Assembly (NCBI GenBank): GCA_963693055.1
Contig: OY843751.1
Coordinates: 3,872,001 to 3,936,000, forward strand
Direction of reading: 5' to 3'
DNA from: a bacterium
GTDB lineage: Bacteria > Zhuqueibacterota > Zhuqueibacteria > Residuimicrobiales > Krinioviventaceae
Length of the DNA: 64,000 nt
Positions 30,664-40,284 of the stretch are shown here, in pieces (within the stretch, counting starts at the first letter, position 1; every line of letters starts with the position of its first letter). Made by a program: the position numbers and the translations under genes. The notes beneath the pieces were generated by a model that saw only the letters and a program-made list of their open reading frames with translations, searched no databases and had not been told where the DNA came from.

Positions 30664-31247
30664 TAATACTGATCCACAACCAATGCCACCTGTTTCAACC
30701 AGGCTTTGCGCTCCTTTTCGGTACTGGTAACAATGATGCGAAACATCTCCCGGTAAAAATCATTAACACCGCACAGATCAAAAATACAGTCCTTCCAGAT
30801 TCGCTCTAATGGATCACCAAATACCTCAATCTCCCGTTTTTCGGATGTGTTAGCTGTGTTGAAAACCAATGCAGATTTGGCCTTTAATAGTCCCACCGGC
30901 ACACCCTCACCGCTGTCCCCATCTACAAACTCGTACGCTACACCGGGACGTATAATCCGGTCTACCCAGCCTTTAAGAATAGCTGGCGGCATGCCCCACC
31001 AATTGGGATGCACAATGATGATGCCGTCAGATTCCTGCAGTTCTTTGCAATAAACATCCAACTCGGGAGTTATATATGCACCCTTGGGGAATTCTTTAGC
31101 AGGCAACAAGGGATCGAATCTCTCTTGATACAGATCATGATACCAGACCGTGTGATTGTTGGACAAGAGTTTGTCCCTGGCAGTATTTGCAATTGCATGA
31201 TTAAAGCTGTCTGTATCGGGATGTGCGAGTATGATAGAGATGTTCAT
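30651..31247 (-). CDS. NAD(P)H dehydrogenase (quinone), flavodoxin_2 family
   Basis: ILAHPD..SFNHA, DLY, and HPNWWGMPPAILKGWVDR. Confidence 0.88.
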   Translation of the reverse strand: MNISIILAHPDTDSFNHAIANTARDKLLSNNHTVWYHDLYQERFDPLLPAKEFPKGAYITPELDVYCKELQESDGIIIVHPNWWGMPPAILKGWVDRIIRPGVAYEFVDGDSGEGVPVGLLKAKSALVFNTANTSEKREIEVFGDPLERIWKDCIFDLCGVNDFYREMFRIIVTSTEKERKAWLKQVALVVDQYYPEP

Positions 31248-31556
31248 GGATTACCCTGGATTTTTATTATCAACATCGATTTTACTCGTTCTATCCACCA
31301 AACAACGGATTGGAAGCAGTAAAATAATATTATCAAGCAGTGTTATTATAAAGTAATTATCAGAACCTATCCGTGCAGAATAGCCTGTCCGCCTTCTGGC
31401 GGATGTGTATCCATGGCTAATTTATCATTTTTTATCATCTTAAACCAATTAGGTGATATGCAAAGAGAAGGCAAATAGAGACCATCTTTGGTGGTCTGCA
31501 TACCTCCAAAAGTCGGTCAAGCGAATAAAGGCGATGCACTTTTGAAATAAAATAAC

Positions 31557-32435
31557 CTACAGCGACTGTTTTGCAGCTTTGACGGTATTGGCCAGCAGCA
31601 TCACAATAGTCATGGGACCTACACCACCGGGGACCGGAGTAATGGCTTCCGCAACTTCTTTGACATTTTCAAAGTCCACATCACCTACCAGGCGGTATCC
31701 GCGTTTGGCTGAGGGATCGTCTTTACGGTTGGTGCCCACATCGATCACTACCGCACCGGGTTTAACCATATCTTTGGTTATAATTCCCGCGCGTCCCGCG
31801 GCAGCCACGAGTATGTCCGCTTGTTTGGTATAAGGAGTCAAATCACCTGAACCGGTATGACAAACCGTAACGGTTGCGTTAGCGTCTTCTTTTTTCTGCA
31901 TCATCATATTGGCGAATGGCAAACCCACCAGCAGGCTGCGTCCCACCACAACCACATGTTTACCTTTGGTTTCTACACCATTACGGATGAGCAACTGCTG
32001 CACACCTGCAGGAGTACAGGGTAAAAAGCAATCTTCTCCCGCGGTCAAACGACCACGACTGACAGGATTCAATCCATCAACATCCTTTTCAGGAGAAATA
32101 GCTTCAATAATCTTTTTGGAGTCAATTTGTTTAGGGACCGGCAATTGTACCAGAATACCATGCACTTGCGAATCGTTATTGAGTTTATCAACCAGAGCTA
32201 ACAATTCTTCTTCTGTTGTTTCTTCCGGTAAAAGTATGGTTTCAGAACCGAGTCCGTGTTTTTCGCAGGCTTTTTGTTTCATACCCACATACACTTTGGA
32301 TGCCGGATCTTCTCCAACCAGAACAACAGTCAGGTGCGGTGTACATCCATCAGCCTTTAACTTGGCTACATCATCCGCAATTTCCTGGTAAATAGCTTCT
32401 GCTGTTAATTTTCCATCAATAATTCTTGCGCTCAC
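31557..32435 (-). CDS. folD: Bifunctional methylenetetrahydrofolate dehydrogenase/cyclohydrolase
   Basis: ASKVYV..K, HGILVQLP, KDVDG, PCTP, VIDVG and TPVPGGVGPMT. Confidence 0.97.
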   Translation of the reverse strand: MSARIIDGKLTAEAIYQEIADDVAKLKADGCTPHLTVVLVGEDPASKVYVGMKQKACEKHGLGSETILLPEETTEEELLALVDKLNNDSQVHGILVQLPVPKQIDSKKIIEAISPEKDVDGLNPVSRGRLTAGEDCFLPCTPAGVQQLLIRNGVETKGKHVVVVGRSLLVGLPFANMMMQKKEDANATVTVCHTGSGDLTPYTKQADILVAAAGRAGIITKDMVKPGAVVIDVGTNRKDDPSAKRGYRLVGDVDFENVKEVAEAITPVPGGVGPMTIVMLLANTVKAAKQSL

Positions 32436-32448
32436 AATGCAACTCCCT

Positions 32449-33243
32449 CTATGGCAGGTTAATACGTTGAATACCGGTAGCCCGGCCGGTTTGAATATCT
32501 ATATCAACAACCACTGCGTTTAAACGAATGTTTGTACTTGCAAGTTGGTATTTCTCAGGTAATTGGGTTACAAATCTTTTAATGGCAACATGGGTTTCCA
32601 ATCCAATTACCGAATCAAAAGGACCCGTCATGCCCACATCCGTGATATAAGCAGTACCTTTGTGCAGTAACCGCTCATCAGCAGTCTGCACATGTGTATG
32701 GGTTCCTACAACTGCACTGACTTTACCATCCAGATACCAGCCCAAGGCCAGCTTTTCTGCTGAAGCTTCAGCATGAAAATCAACAAATATGATTTTTGTC
32801 TGCTGTCTCAGCATCTCGGCTTCTTCCAGCCCAACTTTGAACGGGCAATCAATAGGATTCATAAACGTACGTCCCTGAAGATTGATTACACCTACATTAA
32901 CACCAGACGGGTGATTAAATAAAAGCGAGCCCTTTCCGGGTGCTTCGGATGGAAAATTCATTGGGCGTAAAACCCGTGTAGCAGTATCGAGATAGGAACG
33001 AAAATCAGCAATATTCCAGCTGTGATTACCGCCGGTGACAACATCAATGCCAGCGCTAAAATATTTGCGGACCACCTGTTCTGTCAATCCCCTGCCATTG
33101 TAGCCATTTTCACCATTTGCAATGGTCATGTCAACATGATATTGCTTGATGAGGTTTGGCAGCAAGGCAGAAATGATTGTCAGACCAGGTTTACCAACAA
33201 TATCCGCTATAAATAAAATTGTAAATTTCTTTTTATCAGACAC
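32449..33243 (-). CDS. ymdB: TIGR00282/YmdB family metallophosphoesterase
   Basis: DIVG, NGEN, GNH, DFHAE and GTHTHVQTAD. Directly downstream of rny. Confidence 0.92.
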   Translation of the reverse strand: MSDKKKFTILFIADIVGKPGLTIISALLPNLIKQYHVDMTIANGENGYNGRGLTEQVVRKYFSAGIDVVTGGNHSWNIADFRSYLDTATRVLRPMNFPSEAPGKGSLLFNHPSGVNVGVINLQGRTFMNPIDCPFKVGLEEAEMLRQQTKIIFVDFHAEASAEKLALGWYLDGKVSAVVGTHTHVQTADERLLHKGTAYITDVGMTGPFDSVIGLETHVAIKRFVTQLPEKYQLASTNIRLNAVVVDIDIQTGRATGIQRINLP

Positions 33244-33267
33244 CTGAATCCAAACTTTGTTCGGGTT

Positions 33268-34833
33268 CTATTTTGCGTATTCTATAGCACGGTACTCACG
33301 AATAACCGTAACTTTGATTTGTCCAGGATATTCCATTTCCTGTTGGATCTTTTCTGCAATATCTGCAGACAATTGCTCGCACATATCATCACCAATCTTT
33401 TCGTGTTCAACAATAACACGAATTTCACGTCCGGCTTGAATTGCATAAGACTTTTCAACGCCAGGGAAAGAATTGGCAACAGATTCGAGCTTGTCGAGAC
33501 GTTTAATATAAGACTCGAGAGTTTCACGACGTGCACCAGGACGAGATCCGCTGATTGCATCAGCAGCTTGCACCAGTACCGAAATAGGATGGGTCGGCTC
33601 AACATCTTCATGATGAGACGCAATGGCATTCAGTACTATGGGGCCTTCGCCGCATTTTTTTGCAACCTCAACACCAATCTGGGTATGGGTACCCTCGGTG
33701 TAACGGTCAATGGCTTTACCAATATCATGCATCAGACCGGCCCGTTTGGCAAGTTCACCATCGAATCCCAGGCTTGACGCCAAAAGACCGGTAACATAGG
33801 CAACTTCAATAGAGTGCTGTAATACATTTTGACCATAACTGGTACGATATTTCAATTTACCCAGTAAACGGACAATCTCGTTGTGAACACCGGTAATACC
33901 GGTTTCAAATACAGCAGATTCACCGATCTCCATGAGCTTTTCTTCCATTTCATCGTGGACTTTTTTCACCACCTCTTCAATGCGAGCCGGGTGAATACGT
34001 CCATCCTGAACCAGACGTTCAAGAGCTACACGAGCGACTTCACGACGGAACGGATCAAAACCGGACAATACTACCGCTTCCGGGGTATCATCCACAATAA
34101 CCTCAACACCCGTTGCGGTTTCAAATGACCGAATATTACGACCTTCACGTCCAATGATACGACCTTTCATATCATCACCAGGCAGGTTTACAACAGAAAC
34201 TGTAGTTTCTGTAGAATGATCTGCGGCAGTGCGTTGAATTGCCTGAATAATAATTTCTTTGGCCTCGCGGTTAGCCATTTGGCGGGCGTTGTCTTTGATT
34301 TCTTTGATCTCTTTGGCTGCATCTTGTTTGGCCTTGTCGACCAGGTTCTGCATCAGGATCTTTTTAGCTTCTTCGTTTGAAATACCACTGATTGATTCCA
34401 GCTTTTTATTCTGTTCTTCAATCAGTTGTTCAAGATCGCCTTCAAGTTTTTGACATTTTTCTTCACGAACTTTGATCCGTTTATCTTGTTCAGTCACAGA
34501 CCGTTCTTTTTGATTCAAAAGGTCATTACGACGATCTAAATTCAGTTCACGTTGATTACATTTGTTTTCAAGCTTGGAAATTTCGCTGCGTTTGGATTTG
34601 GTTTCGTTTTCAAGTGTTTGCTTTAAACGGTGCCATTCTTCCTTTGCTTCGAGTACTTTTTCACGCTTGATATTGCTTGCTTCTTTTTGAGCATCATTAA
34701 CTATTTTTTCTGCCATCTTTTCGGCTTTGGCAACTTTGGATTTACCAATATATTTGGAAACAATCCAGCCACCGATAAAGGCAATGATAGCAGTCAACGC
34801 TGCCACCAATATTGTAACTATCCAATTCTCCAT
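33268..34833 (-). CDS. rny: Ribonuclease Y
   Basis: N-terminal TM, coiled coil, KH motif KGRIIGREGRNIR, HD motif MHDIGK, and ADAISGSRPGAR. Confidence 0.97.
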   Translation of the reverse strand: MENWIVTILVAALTAIIAFIGGWIVSKYIGKSKVAKAEKMAEKIVNDAQKEASNIKREKVLEAKEEWHRLKQTLENETKSKRSEISKLENKCNQRELNLDRRNDLLNQKERSVTEQDKRIKVREEKCQKLEGDLEQLIEEQNKKLESISGISNEEAKKILMQNLVDKAKQDAAKEIKEIKDNARQMANREAKEIIIQAIQRTAADHSTETTVSVVNLPGDDMKGRIIGREGRNIRSFETATGVEVIVDDTPEAVVLSGFDPFRREVARVALERLVQDGRIHPARIEEVVKKVHDEMEEKLMEIGESAVFETGITGVHNEIVRLLGKLKYRTSYGQNVLQHSIEVAYVTGLLASSLGFDGELAKRAGLMHDIGKAIDRYTEGTHTQIGVEVAKKCGEGPIVLNAIASHHEDVEPTHPISVLVQAADAISGSRPGARRETLESYIKRLDKLESVANSFPGVEKSYAIQAGREIRVIVEHEKIGDDMCEQLSADIAEKIQQEMEYPGQIKVTVIREYRAIEYAK

Positions 34834-34849
34834 GGCCCCTCCGAAATAA

Positions 34850-34985
34850 AAAAGCCCAGTATTTGCATATTAATCTGACTCATTCGTTAATTTTCCAAGT
34901 GTAAAACAGGCAGGAATGTAAATAAATACAGGAAACAGGTGTCAGACTCTCGCAATCTGGGTCTCACAAACAGTATTGGATGGTT
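34850..34985 (-). ncRNA. ssrS: Probable 6S RNA
   Basis: Non-coding gap between zapA and rny, a known 6S position. Ends are complementary (CCCAGTATTTG with CAAACAGTATTGG), an inner pair TCTGAC/GTCAGA is present, and a U-run follows. Boundaries are approximate. Confidence 0.5.
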
Positions 34986-34993
34986 ACTTTTTT

Positions 34994-35344
34994 TTACTCC
35001 AATATATTTTTATCAGACTCAAACTTTGTTAATTGATCATCATCCTCCAGGGATTTTTGGATACCAAGTTCCAATTTGTTGGTTATTTGATCAATACGAT
35101 CTGTATAATTTTTCATTTGTTCGCCATCAGAATTCAATGCCTGATGTAACTCATCAGCGATATTTAAACAAGCCAATATTGCTATTTGGTGCATGGGGCG
35201 TTCGGGCTTGGCTGATTGAATTTCTCTCATTTTTCTGTCAACAAAGCTTGCTACCTTTTGAATGTATTCAACATCTTCATTAACCTTTAATGGATATTCA
35301 ACATCCATTATTTTCACTTTGAGTATATTTTGATCAACATTCAT
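34994..35344 (-). CDS. zapA: Cell division protein ZapA
   Basis: VKIMDVEYPL...VASFVDRKM...IAILACLNIADEL, in pheT-zapB-zapA-rny synteny. Confidence 0.9.
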   Translation of the reverse strand: MNVDQNILKVKIMDVEYPLKVNEDVEYIQKVASFVDRKMREIQSAKPERPMHQIAILACLNIADELHQALNSDGEQMKNYTDRIDQITNKLELGIQKSLEDDDQLTKFESDKNILE

Positions 35345-35412
35345 AAGATTTACATTGACATAAACATCAGACTGTATGGTCTGAATTCATTATTTTAATA
35401 GGATACAATGAA

Positions 35413-35706
35413 TTAATCTACGAGTTTCAACTCTTCCAATTTCGTCAACATGCTTTTTATTCGTTGACGTAACTGCTCTTCCTTTTCCTGATACTTTAAT
35501 ACTTCCGAGCCTTTTGAATTTTTTTTTAGCTCCTCAATAGTTTTTTGTAATCCTTCCATAAACAACTCTTGCTCTGCCAGACGGGTTCTGAGTTGTTTAT
35601 TCTCCTTTCCTAATATCCGATTTTTCTTTGTCAAGTAGGCAATCTGCTTTATTGCCTCAAAAACTTTGGCTTCCAGGTTATTAATTTTTTGATCAAATGC
35701 TGTCAT
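35413..35706 (-). CDS. Coiled-coil protein (ZapB-like)
   Basis: Entirely coiled-coil and located between pheT and zapA. Confidence 0.65.
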   Translation of the reverse strand: MTAFDQKINNLEAKVFEAIKQIAYLTKKNRILGKENKQLRTRLAEQELFMEGLQKTIEELKKNSKGSEVLKYQEKEEQLRQRIKSMLTKLEELKLVD

Positions 35707-35710
35707 TGAA

Positions 35711-38110
35711 TTATCCTGGACGAAGTTCAGCACCAAACAATGTTTTTAAATGCTTTAGCACTCCTTGCACGGCGCGGTCTACTTCTTCATCATCCAATGT
35801 ACGTTCTTTTGATGAAAAGGTCAATGAAAAAGCAACACTTTTTTTACCTTGCTGTATTTGCTCACCTTTATAAAAATCAAAGAGATGTACATTGTTTATA
35901 TAGGGTCCTGCCGACTTCCAAATTTCATCCAAAACATTTTGGATGGGTATATTCACGTCAATCAACAAAGCCACATCAAATGGAGATGATGGAAATTTGG
36001 ATACGGGCACAAACTCTTTAAGGGTAGTTCTGTTTTCATATATTGTTTTAAAATCGAGACAGAATGCAAAAACATCCTGAACTTTGATTTTAAACAATGA
36101 ACTTATTTTCTTATCGATTTTACCAAACTCACCTACCTCTTTACCATCAACAAGTACTAGTGCACTGTGAGCGTCCCAGTAGGAGGATTTGGCTGGTTTG
36201 AGTTCGTAATTTTCAATACCACATTTATTTAAAAATGCGGTAACTACTCCCTTTATATCATAAAAATCGAATGCTTCCTCTTTACCATACCAGGTATTTT
36301 CTGTTTTTTTACCGGCAAGTATACCACAAACCTCAACCCATTCACGATATTCGTCTTTACCAGGTACTTTATAGGCTGCATTACCGATCTCATAAAATCT
36401 GAGGTTAGGTATTTGACGATTTCTGTTATAGGCAACATTTGTTAACAGCGATATCAAAACAGAAGAACGAAAAACTGCCATGTCTGTGCTCATGGGATTC
36501 ATTAGAGCAACAATTTTTGTTTCCGCTGGTAAAAAAGGATTTGCGTGACGTTCTGAAACCAAAGAAAAGGATACATTTTCCATAAATCCAAATCCGGTCA
36601 AATATTCACGCATTTTATCTCTAAATGCCACCTGCGGATTAGCTTCCTGGTTCTGGTCAATCTGCGGTGCCATATTGAAATCAATATTATTGTAACCGTA
36701 CAAGCGGGCAACTTCTTCCGAAATGTCTACAGGTTTCAACAAATCCGGACGAAAAGTTGGCGCTTTGATTGTAAAGGTTTCATCAGTCTGCGAAAGTACC
36801 TGCATTTCCAAAGGCTTTAACAGATCGCACATTTCACTGGTGGTTAAACGAGTTCCAAGTAAATTATTAACCCGTTCAGTCTTGACTGCAATTTCAACAG
36901 GATCAATTTCTCTTGCAACATTATTAATAAATGATTCAACAACCTGTCCTTCTGCCAGTTCTTCCATAAGCTGGGCCGCACGGTCCATAGCATACACCTG
37001 TCCATTAGGATCAGAACCACGCTCAAAACGACGAGAAGATTCTGTCATTAATCCCAATTTTGTTGATGTTTTGCGTACGGTAACCGGCTCAAAGTATGCG
37101 CTTTCCAGAAAAACGGTGGTTGTATCATTTTCAACTTCAGAATTTAATCCGCCCATTACACCCGCAAGCGCAACAGGTTTTTCACCGTCACAAATCAACA
37201 GATCATTACTGTCAAGTTTGTGTTCCTGGTTGTCCAAAGTTGTAAATGGTTCACCTTCTTTTGCATCTCTAACAACTATAGTATTACCCGCAAGGGTTTT
37301 GTAATCAAACGCATGTAGAGGTTGGCCGGTTTCCATCATAACATAGTTGGTAATATCAACAACATTATTAATGGCACGCACACCAACAGCATGCAGACGA
37401 GAAACAAGCCAGTCTGGTGATGGTTTGATAACAATATTTTTAATCATTCTACCGGCATAACGCGCACATTTATCCGCATTTTGGATATCCACACGCATTT
37501 CAGCATTTATATCATCATCTATAGTATTGTTGAATTTTATTTCAGGTTTACGTAAAGGCATGCCGGTAATAGCAGAAATTTCTCTTGCAATACCAATGAC
37601 ACTGAGACAATCAGGACGATTGGATGTAATAGCAATATCAATAACGGTATCAGGTTCTCCCATAAGAGCCTGCATATCTGCACCAACCTGTGTATCTGCA
37701 GGCAGTTCCATAAGGCCATCAGCACGTTCAGAAAGCCCCAGCTCCATTTCAGAACAAAGCATACCGTTAGAAAGGATTCCACGCACTTTACGCGCAGTAA
37801 TCTTGAAATCATTTCCCAGAACAGCACCCACCTGCGCAAAAGGAACAATCATTCCTTCGCTCACATTGGGAGCACCACAAACGACCTCTAACTGCTCACT
37901 ACCGTTATCCACAATGCAAAGGTTCAGCTTGTCGGCATCCGGATGTTTCTCAACAGAAAGCACTTTACCCGCAACCACATTGGAAAATTCGCGGGACTCT
38001 TTATATATAGATTCAACCTCAAGACCGGCCATAGTGATCTTTTCAGCCAGTTCTTCAGGTGAGAGTTGAATATCGACGTAATCTTTTAACCAGTTGAGTG
38101 TAACTTTCAA
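35711..38110 (-). CDS. pheT: Phenylalanine--tRNA ligase beta subunit
   Basis: WLKDYV, HPDADKL, CGAPN, NRPDCLS, GQPLHAFD, RFERG and a C-terminal FDX-ACB domain. Confidence 0.98.
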   Translation of the reverse strand: MKVTLNWLKDYVDIQLSPEELAEKITMAGLEVESIYKESREFSNVVAGKVLSVEKHPDADKLNLCIVDNGSEQLEVVCGAPNVSEGMIVPFAQVGAVLGNDFKITARKVRGILSNGMLCSEMELGLSERADGLMELPADTQVGADMQALMGEPDTVIDIAITSNRPDCLSVIGIAREISAITGMPLRKPEIKFNNTIDDDINAEMRVDIQNADKCARYAGRMIKNIVIKPSPDWLVSRLHAVGVRAINNVVDITNYVMMETGQPLHAFDYKTLAGNTIVVRDAKEGEPFTTLDNQEHKLDSNDLLICDGEKPVALAGVMGGLNSEVENDTTTVFLESAYFEPVTVRKTSTKLGLMTESSRRFERGSDPNGQVYAMDRAAQLMEELAEGQVVESFINNVAREIDPVEIAVKTERVNNLLGTRLTTSEMCDLLKPLEMQVLSQTDETFTIKAPTFRPDLLKPVDISEEVARLYGYNNIDFNMAPQIDQNQEANPQVAFRDKMREYLTGFGFMENVSFSLVSERHANPFLPAETKIVALMNPMSTDMAVFRSSVLISLLTNVAYNRNRQIPNLRFYEIGNAAYKVPGKDEYREWVEVCGILAGKKTENTWYGKEEAFDFYDIKGVVTAFLNKCGIENYELKPAKSSYWDAHSALVLVDGKEVGEFGKIDKKISSLFKIKVQDVFAFCLDFKTIYENRTTLKEFVPVSKFPSSPFDVALLIDVNIPIQNVLDEIWKSAGPYINNVHLFDFYKGEQIQQGKKSVAFSLTFSSKERTLDDEEVDRAVQGVLKHLKTLFGAELRPG

Positions 38111-38131
38111 TGTATTGTTCCAGGAATTATA

Positions 38132-39160
38132 TTAATACTGTTCTAAAAATCGTTTATCATTTTCAAAAAACAAACGGATATCATTAACCTGGTATTTCAG
38201 CATGGCAATACGTTCAATACCCATACCAAAAGCATACCCGGTATAAATTTCAGGGTCATAATCCACAAAACCAAAAACAGCGGGATTCACCATTCCCGCG
38301 CCTGAAATCTCAATCCATCCGGTATTTTTACAGACACGGCATCCCTTTTGTTTACAAAACGGACAAGAGAAATCATATTCGGCACTGGGCTCTGTAAATG
38401 GGAAATAACTTGCCCTGAAACGCACCTTGGCGTCTTTACCGAATAATTTCTGCGCAAATGCCTGAACCACACCCCGTAAATCAGCAAAAGATACACCTTT
38501 ATCCACACATAATCCCTCAACCTGATGAAAGATTGGGGTATGCGTAGCGTCTGGAGTATCTTTACGAAAACATTTACCGGGAGCAATCATGCGTACCGGT
38601 GGTTTTTGTTGCTCCATCGTATGGATCTGTACAGGTGAAGTATGAGTCCGCAACAAATGTTTTTCAGTGAGATAAAATGTATCGTGCATGTCCCTTGAGG
38701 GGTGGTGAGGCGGAATATTTAACGCCTCGAAATTATGAAAATCGGATTCAATTTCCAAACCCTCTTCAATCCGAAAACCCATTTGTGCAAATATACCTTT
38801 AATCTCATCCATGATTTGATACAATGGATGATAATGACCCACAACTGGTTCTTTGCCCGGTAAAGAGGGATCAAAACCATCAACAGCACCCTGTGACTCT
38901 TGAAAAGAGGCCATCTTGTCATCAATACCCTTTTGCACAAGTATCTTGAGAGTATTCAGTTCAGCACCGGCTTTGGGACGATCAGCAGGATCAATTTTCC
39001 CGAGAATGGGAAACAATTGCTGTACCGATCCCTTGCGGCTGGTATATTTTAACTTGACCTGTTCAGTATCTTTGATGGAGGAGGCCTTTTCAATATCGGC
39101 CACGAATTCGTTACGAATTCGTTCTATCTGTTCAAGTAAACTTGATAATTGTTCCGCCAT
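38132..39160 (-). CDS. pheS: Phenylalanine--tRNA ligase alpha subunit
   Basis: NFEALN, LLRTHTSPVQ, FHQVEG, YFPFTEP and AFGMGIER. Confidence 0.98.
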   Translation of the reverse strand: MAEQLSSLLEQIERIRNEFVADIEKASSIKDTEQVKLKYTSRKGSVQQLFPILGKIDPADRPKAGAELNTLKILVQKGIDDKMASFQESQGAVDGFDPSLPGKEPVVGHYHPLYQIMDEIKGIFAQMGFRIEEGLEIESDFHNFEALNIPPHHPSRDMHDTFYLTEKHLLRTHTSPVQIHTMEQQKPPVRMIAPGKCFRKDTPDATHTPIFHQVEGLCVDKGVSFADLRGVVQAFAQKLFGKDAKVRFRASYFPFTEPSAEYDFSCPFCKQKGCRVCKNTGWIEISGAGMVNPAVFGFVDYDPEIYTGYAFGMGIERIAMLKYQVNDIRLFFENDKRFLEQY

Positions 39161-39172
39161 CCGTATCCGAAT

Positions 39173-39520
39173 CTATGCTTTAATTGATGTTACAATTTCT
39201 TCAAATGCTTTGCTATCATTCACTGCAAGATCAGCCAATACTTTACGATCAATCTGAATGTCTTTTTCATTCAACAGATGAATAAAAGTAGAGTAATTCA
39301 AATCATAAGGTCTTACGGCTGCATTAATTCTTGCAATCCATAAACGACGAAATTCGCGTTTCTTTGCTTTTCTATCACGATATGCATATTGCAGCCCTTT
39401 TTCAACCTGCTCTTTTGCAGATTTGAAAAGACGATGTTTACCACCATAATAACCTCTGGCTGCTTTTAATACTTTATTCCGACGGTGCTTTGTAGGGACC
39501 GACGAAGATGATCTAGGCAT
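39173..39520 (-). CDS. rplT: 50S ribosomal protein L20
   Basis: [29 protein letters not shown] and DRKVLADLA. Confidence 0.98.
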   Translation of the reverse strand: MPRSSSSVPTKHRRNKVLKAARGYYGGKHRLFKSAKEQVEKGLQYAYRDRKAKKREFRRLWIARINAAVRPYDLNYSTFIHLLNEKDIQIDRKVLADLAVNDSKAFEEIVTSIKA

Positions 39521-39542
39521 AACTCCTCCGTATTACTGGGTC

Positions 39543-39737
39543 TTATTTAGAGATCAATAATTTTACTCTTTTAGCATCGCTCTCGGCGACGAGTCCGTTT
39601 TTCCTCAAGTTCCGTTTACGTTTGGTAGACTTTTTGGTCAAAATATGGCTTTTATACGCTTTTGAACGACGTACTTTACCAGTACCTGTAAGTCTAAAAC
39701 GTTTACTGGATGCTCTGTTACTTTTCATTTTTGGCAT
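39543..39737 (-). CDS. rpmI: 50S ribosomal protein L35
   Basis: MPKMKSNR...[10 protein letters not shown]...HILTKK. Confidence 0.98.
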   Translation of the reverse strand: MPKMKSNRASSKRFRLTGTGKVRRSKAYKSHILTKKSTKRKRNLRKNGLVAESDAKRVKLLISK

Positions 39738-39748
39738 GAAAGCACCTC

Positions 39749-40258
39749 TTATTTCTTTGTAAAAAACATGATCAATTGCCCGCCTTCCAGACGTGCATCT
39801 TTTTCAATTTTTGCAATATCTTCAAGCGCCTTTGTAAAACGATCCAATACGCGTTCTCCATATTCACGATGGGCATTTTCACGTCCACGAAAGAAAACGG
39901 TAGCCTTTACACGGTGCCCTGCTTCAAGAAATTTGCGGGCATGGCGCAATTTAAATTCAAAGTCGTGTTCTTCAATTTTCGGTCGCAGTCGAATTTCTTT
40001 TGTAACGACAACATGCTGTTTCTTTTTGGTTTCCTTTTCTTTTTTGGCCATTTCATATTTGTATTTGCCAAAATCCATAATTTTGCAAACCGGGGGTTTT
40101 GCATTTGGAGAAACCTCTACCAAATCGAGACCAACTGATTCCGCTCTTTGCAACGCTTCTTGCTTTGTAATAACACCAACCTGTTCACCATCAGCACTGA
40201 TTACGCGAACAGAGGGCGCTTCAATCTGATCATTAATGCTGATTTGTTTTTTCTTAAT
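39749..40258 (-). CDS. infC: Translation initiation factor IF-3 (ATT start)
   Basis: [31 protein letters not shown] and FRGRE. ATT lies 6 nt after AGGAGG. Confidence 0.97.
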   Translation of the reverse strand: MKKKQISINDQIEAPSVRVISADGEQVGVITKQEALQRAESVGLDLVEVSPNAKPPVCKIMDFGKYKYEMAKKEKETKKKQHVVVTKEIRLRPKIEEHDFEFKLRHARKFLEAGHRVKATVFFRGRENAHREYGERVLDRFTKALEDIAKIEKDARLEGGQLIMFFTKK

Positions 40259-40284
40259 GACCAACCTCCTTAAAAGGATTCGAC

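Noticed and set aside
34939-35283. 114-aa plus-strand ORF
   Set aside because: It is antisense to zapA and the putative 6S RNA.
36723-38069. Long plus-strand ORFs (193 and 180 aa) opposite pheT, and similar shadow ORFs throughout
   Set aside because: They are antisense or alternative-frame shadows of well-supported genes and have no motifs.
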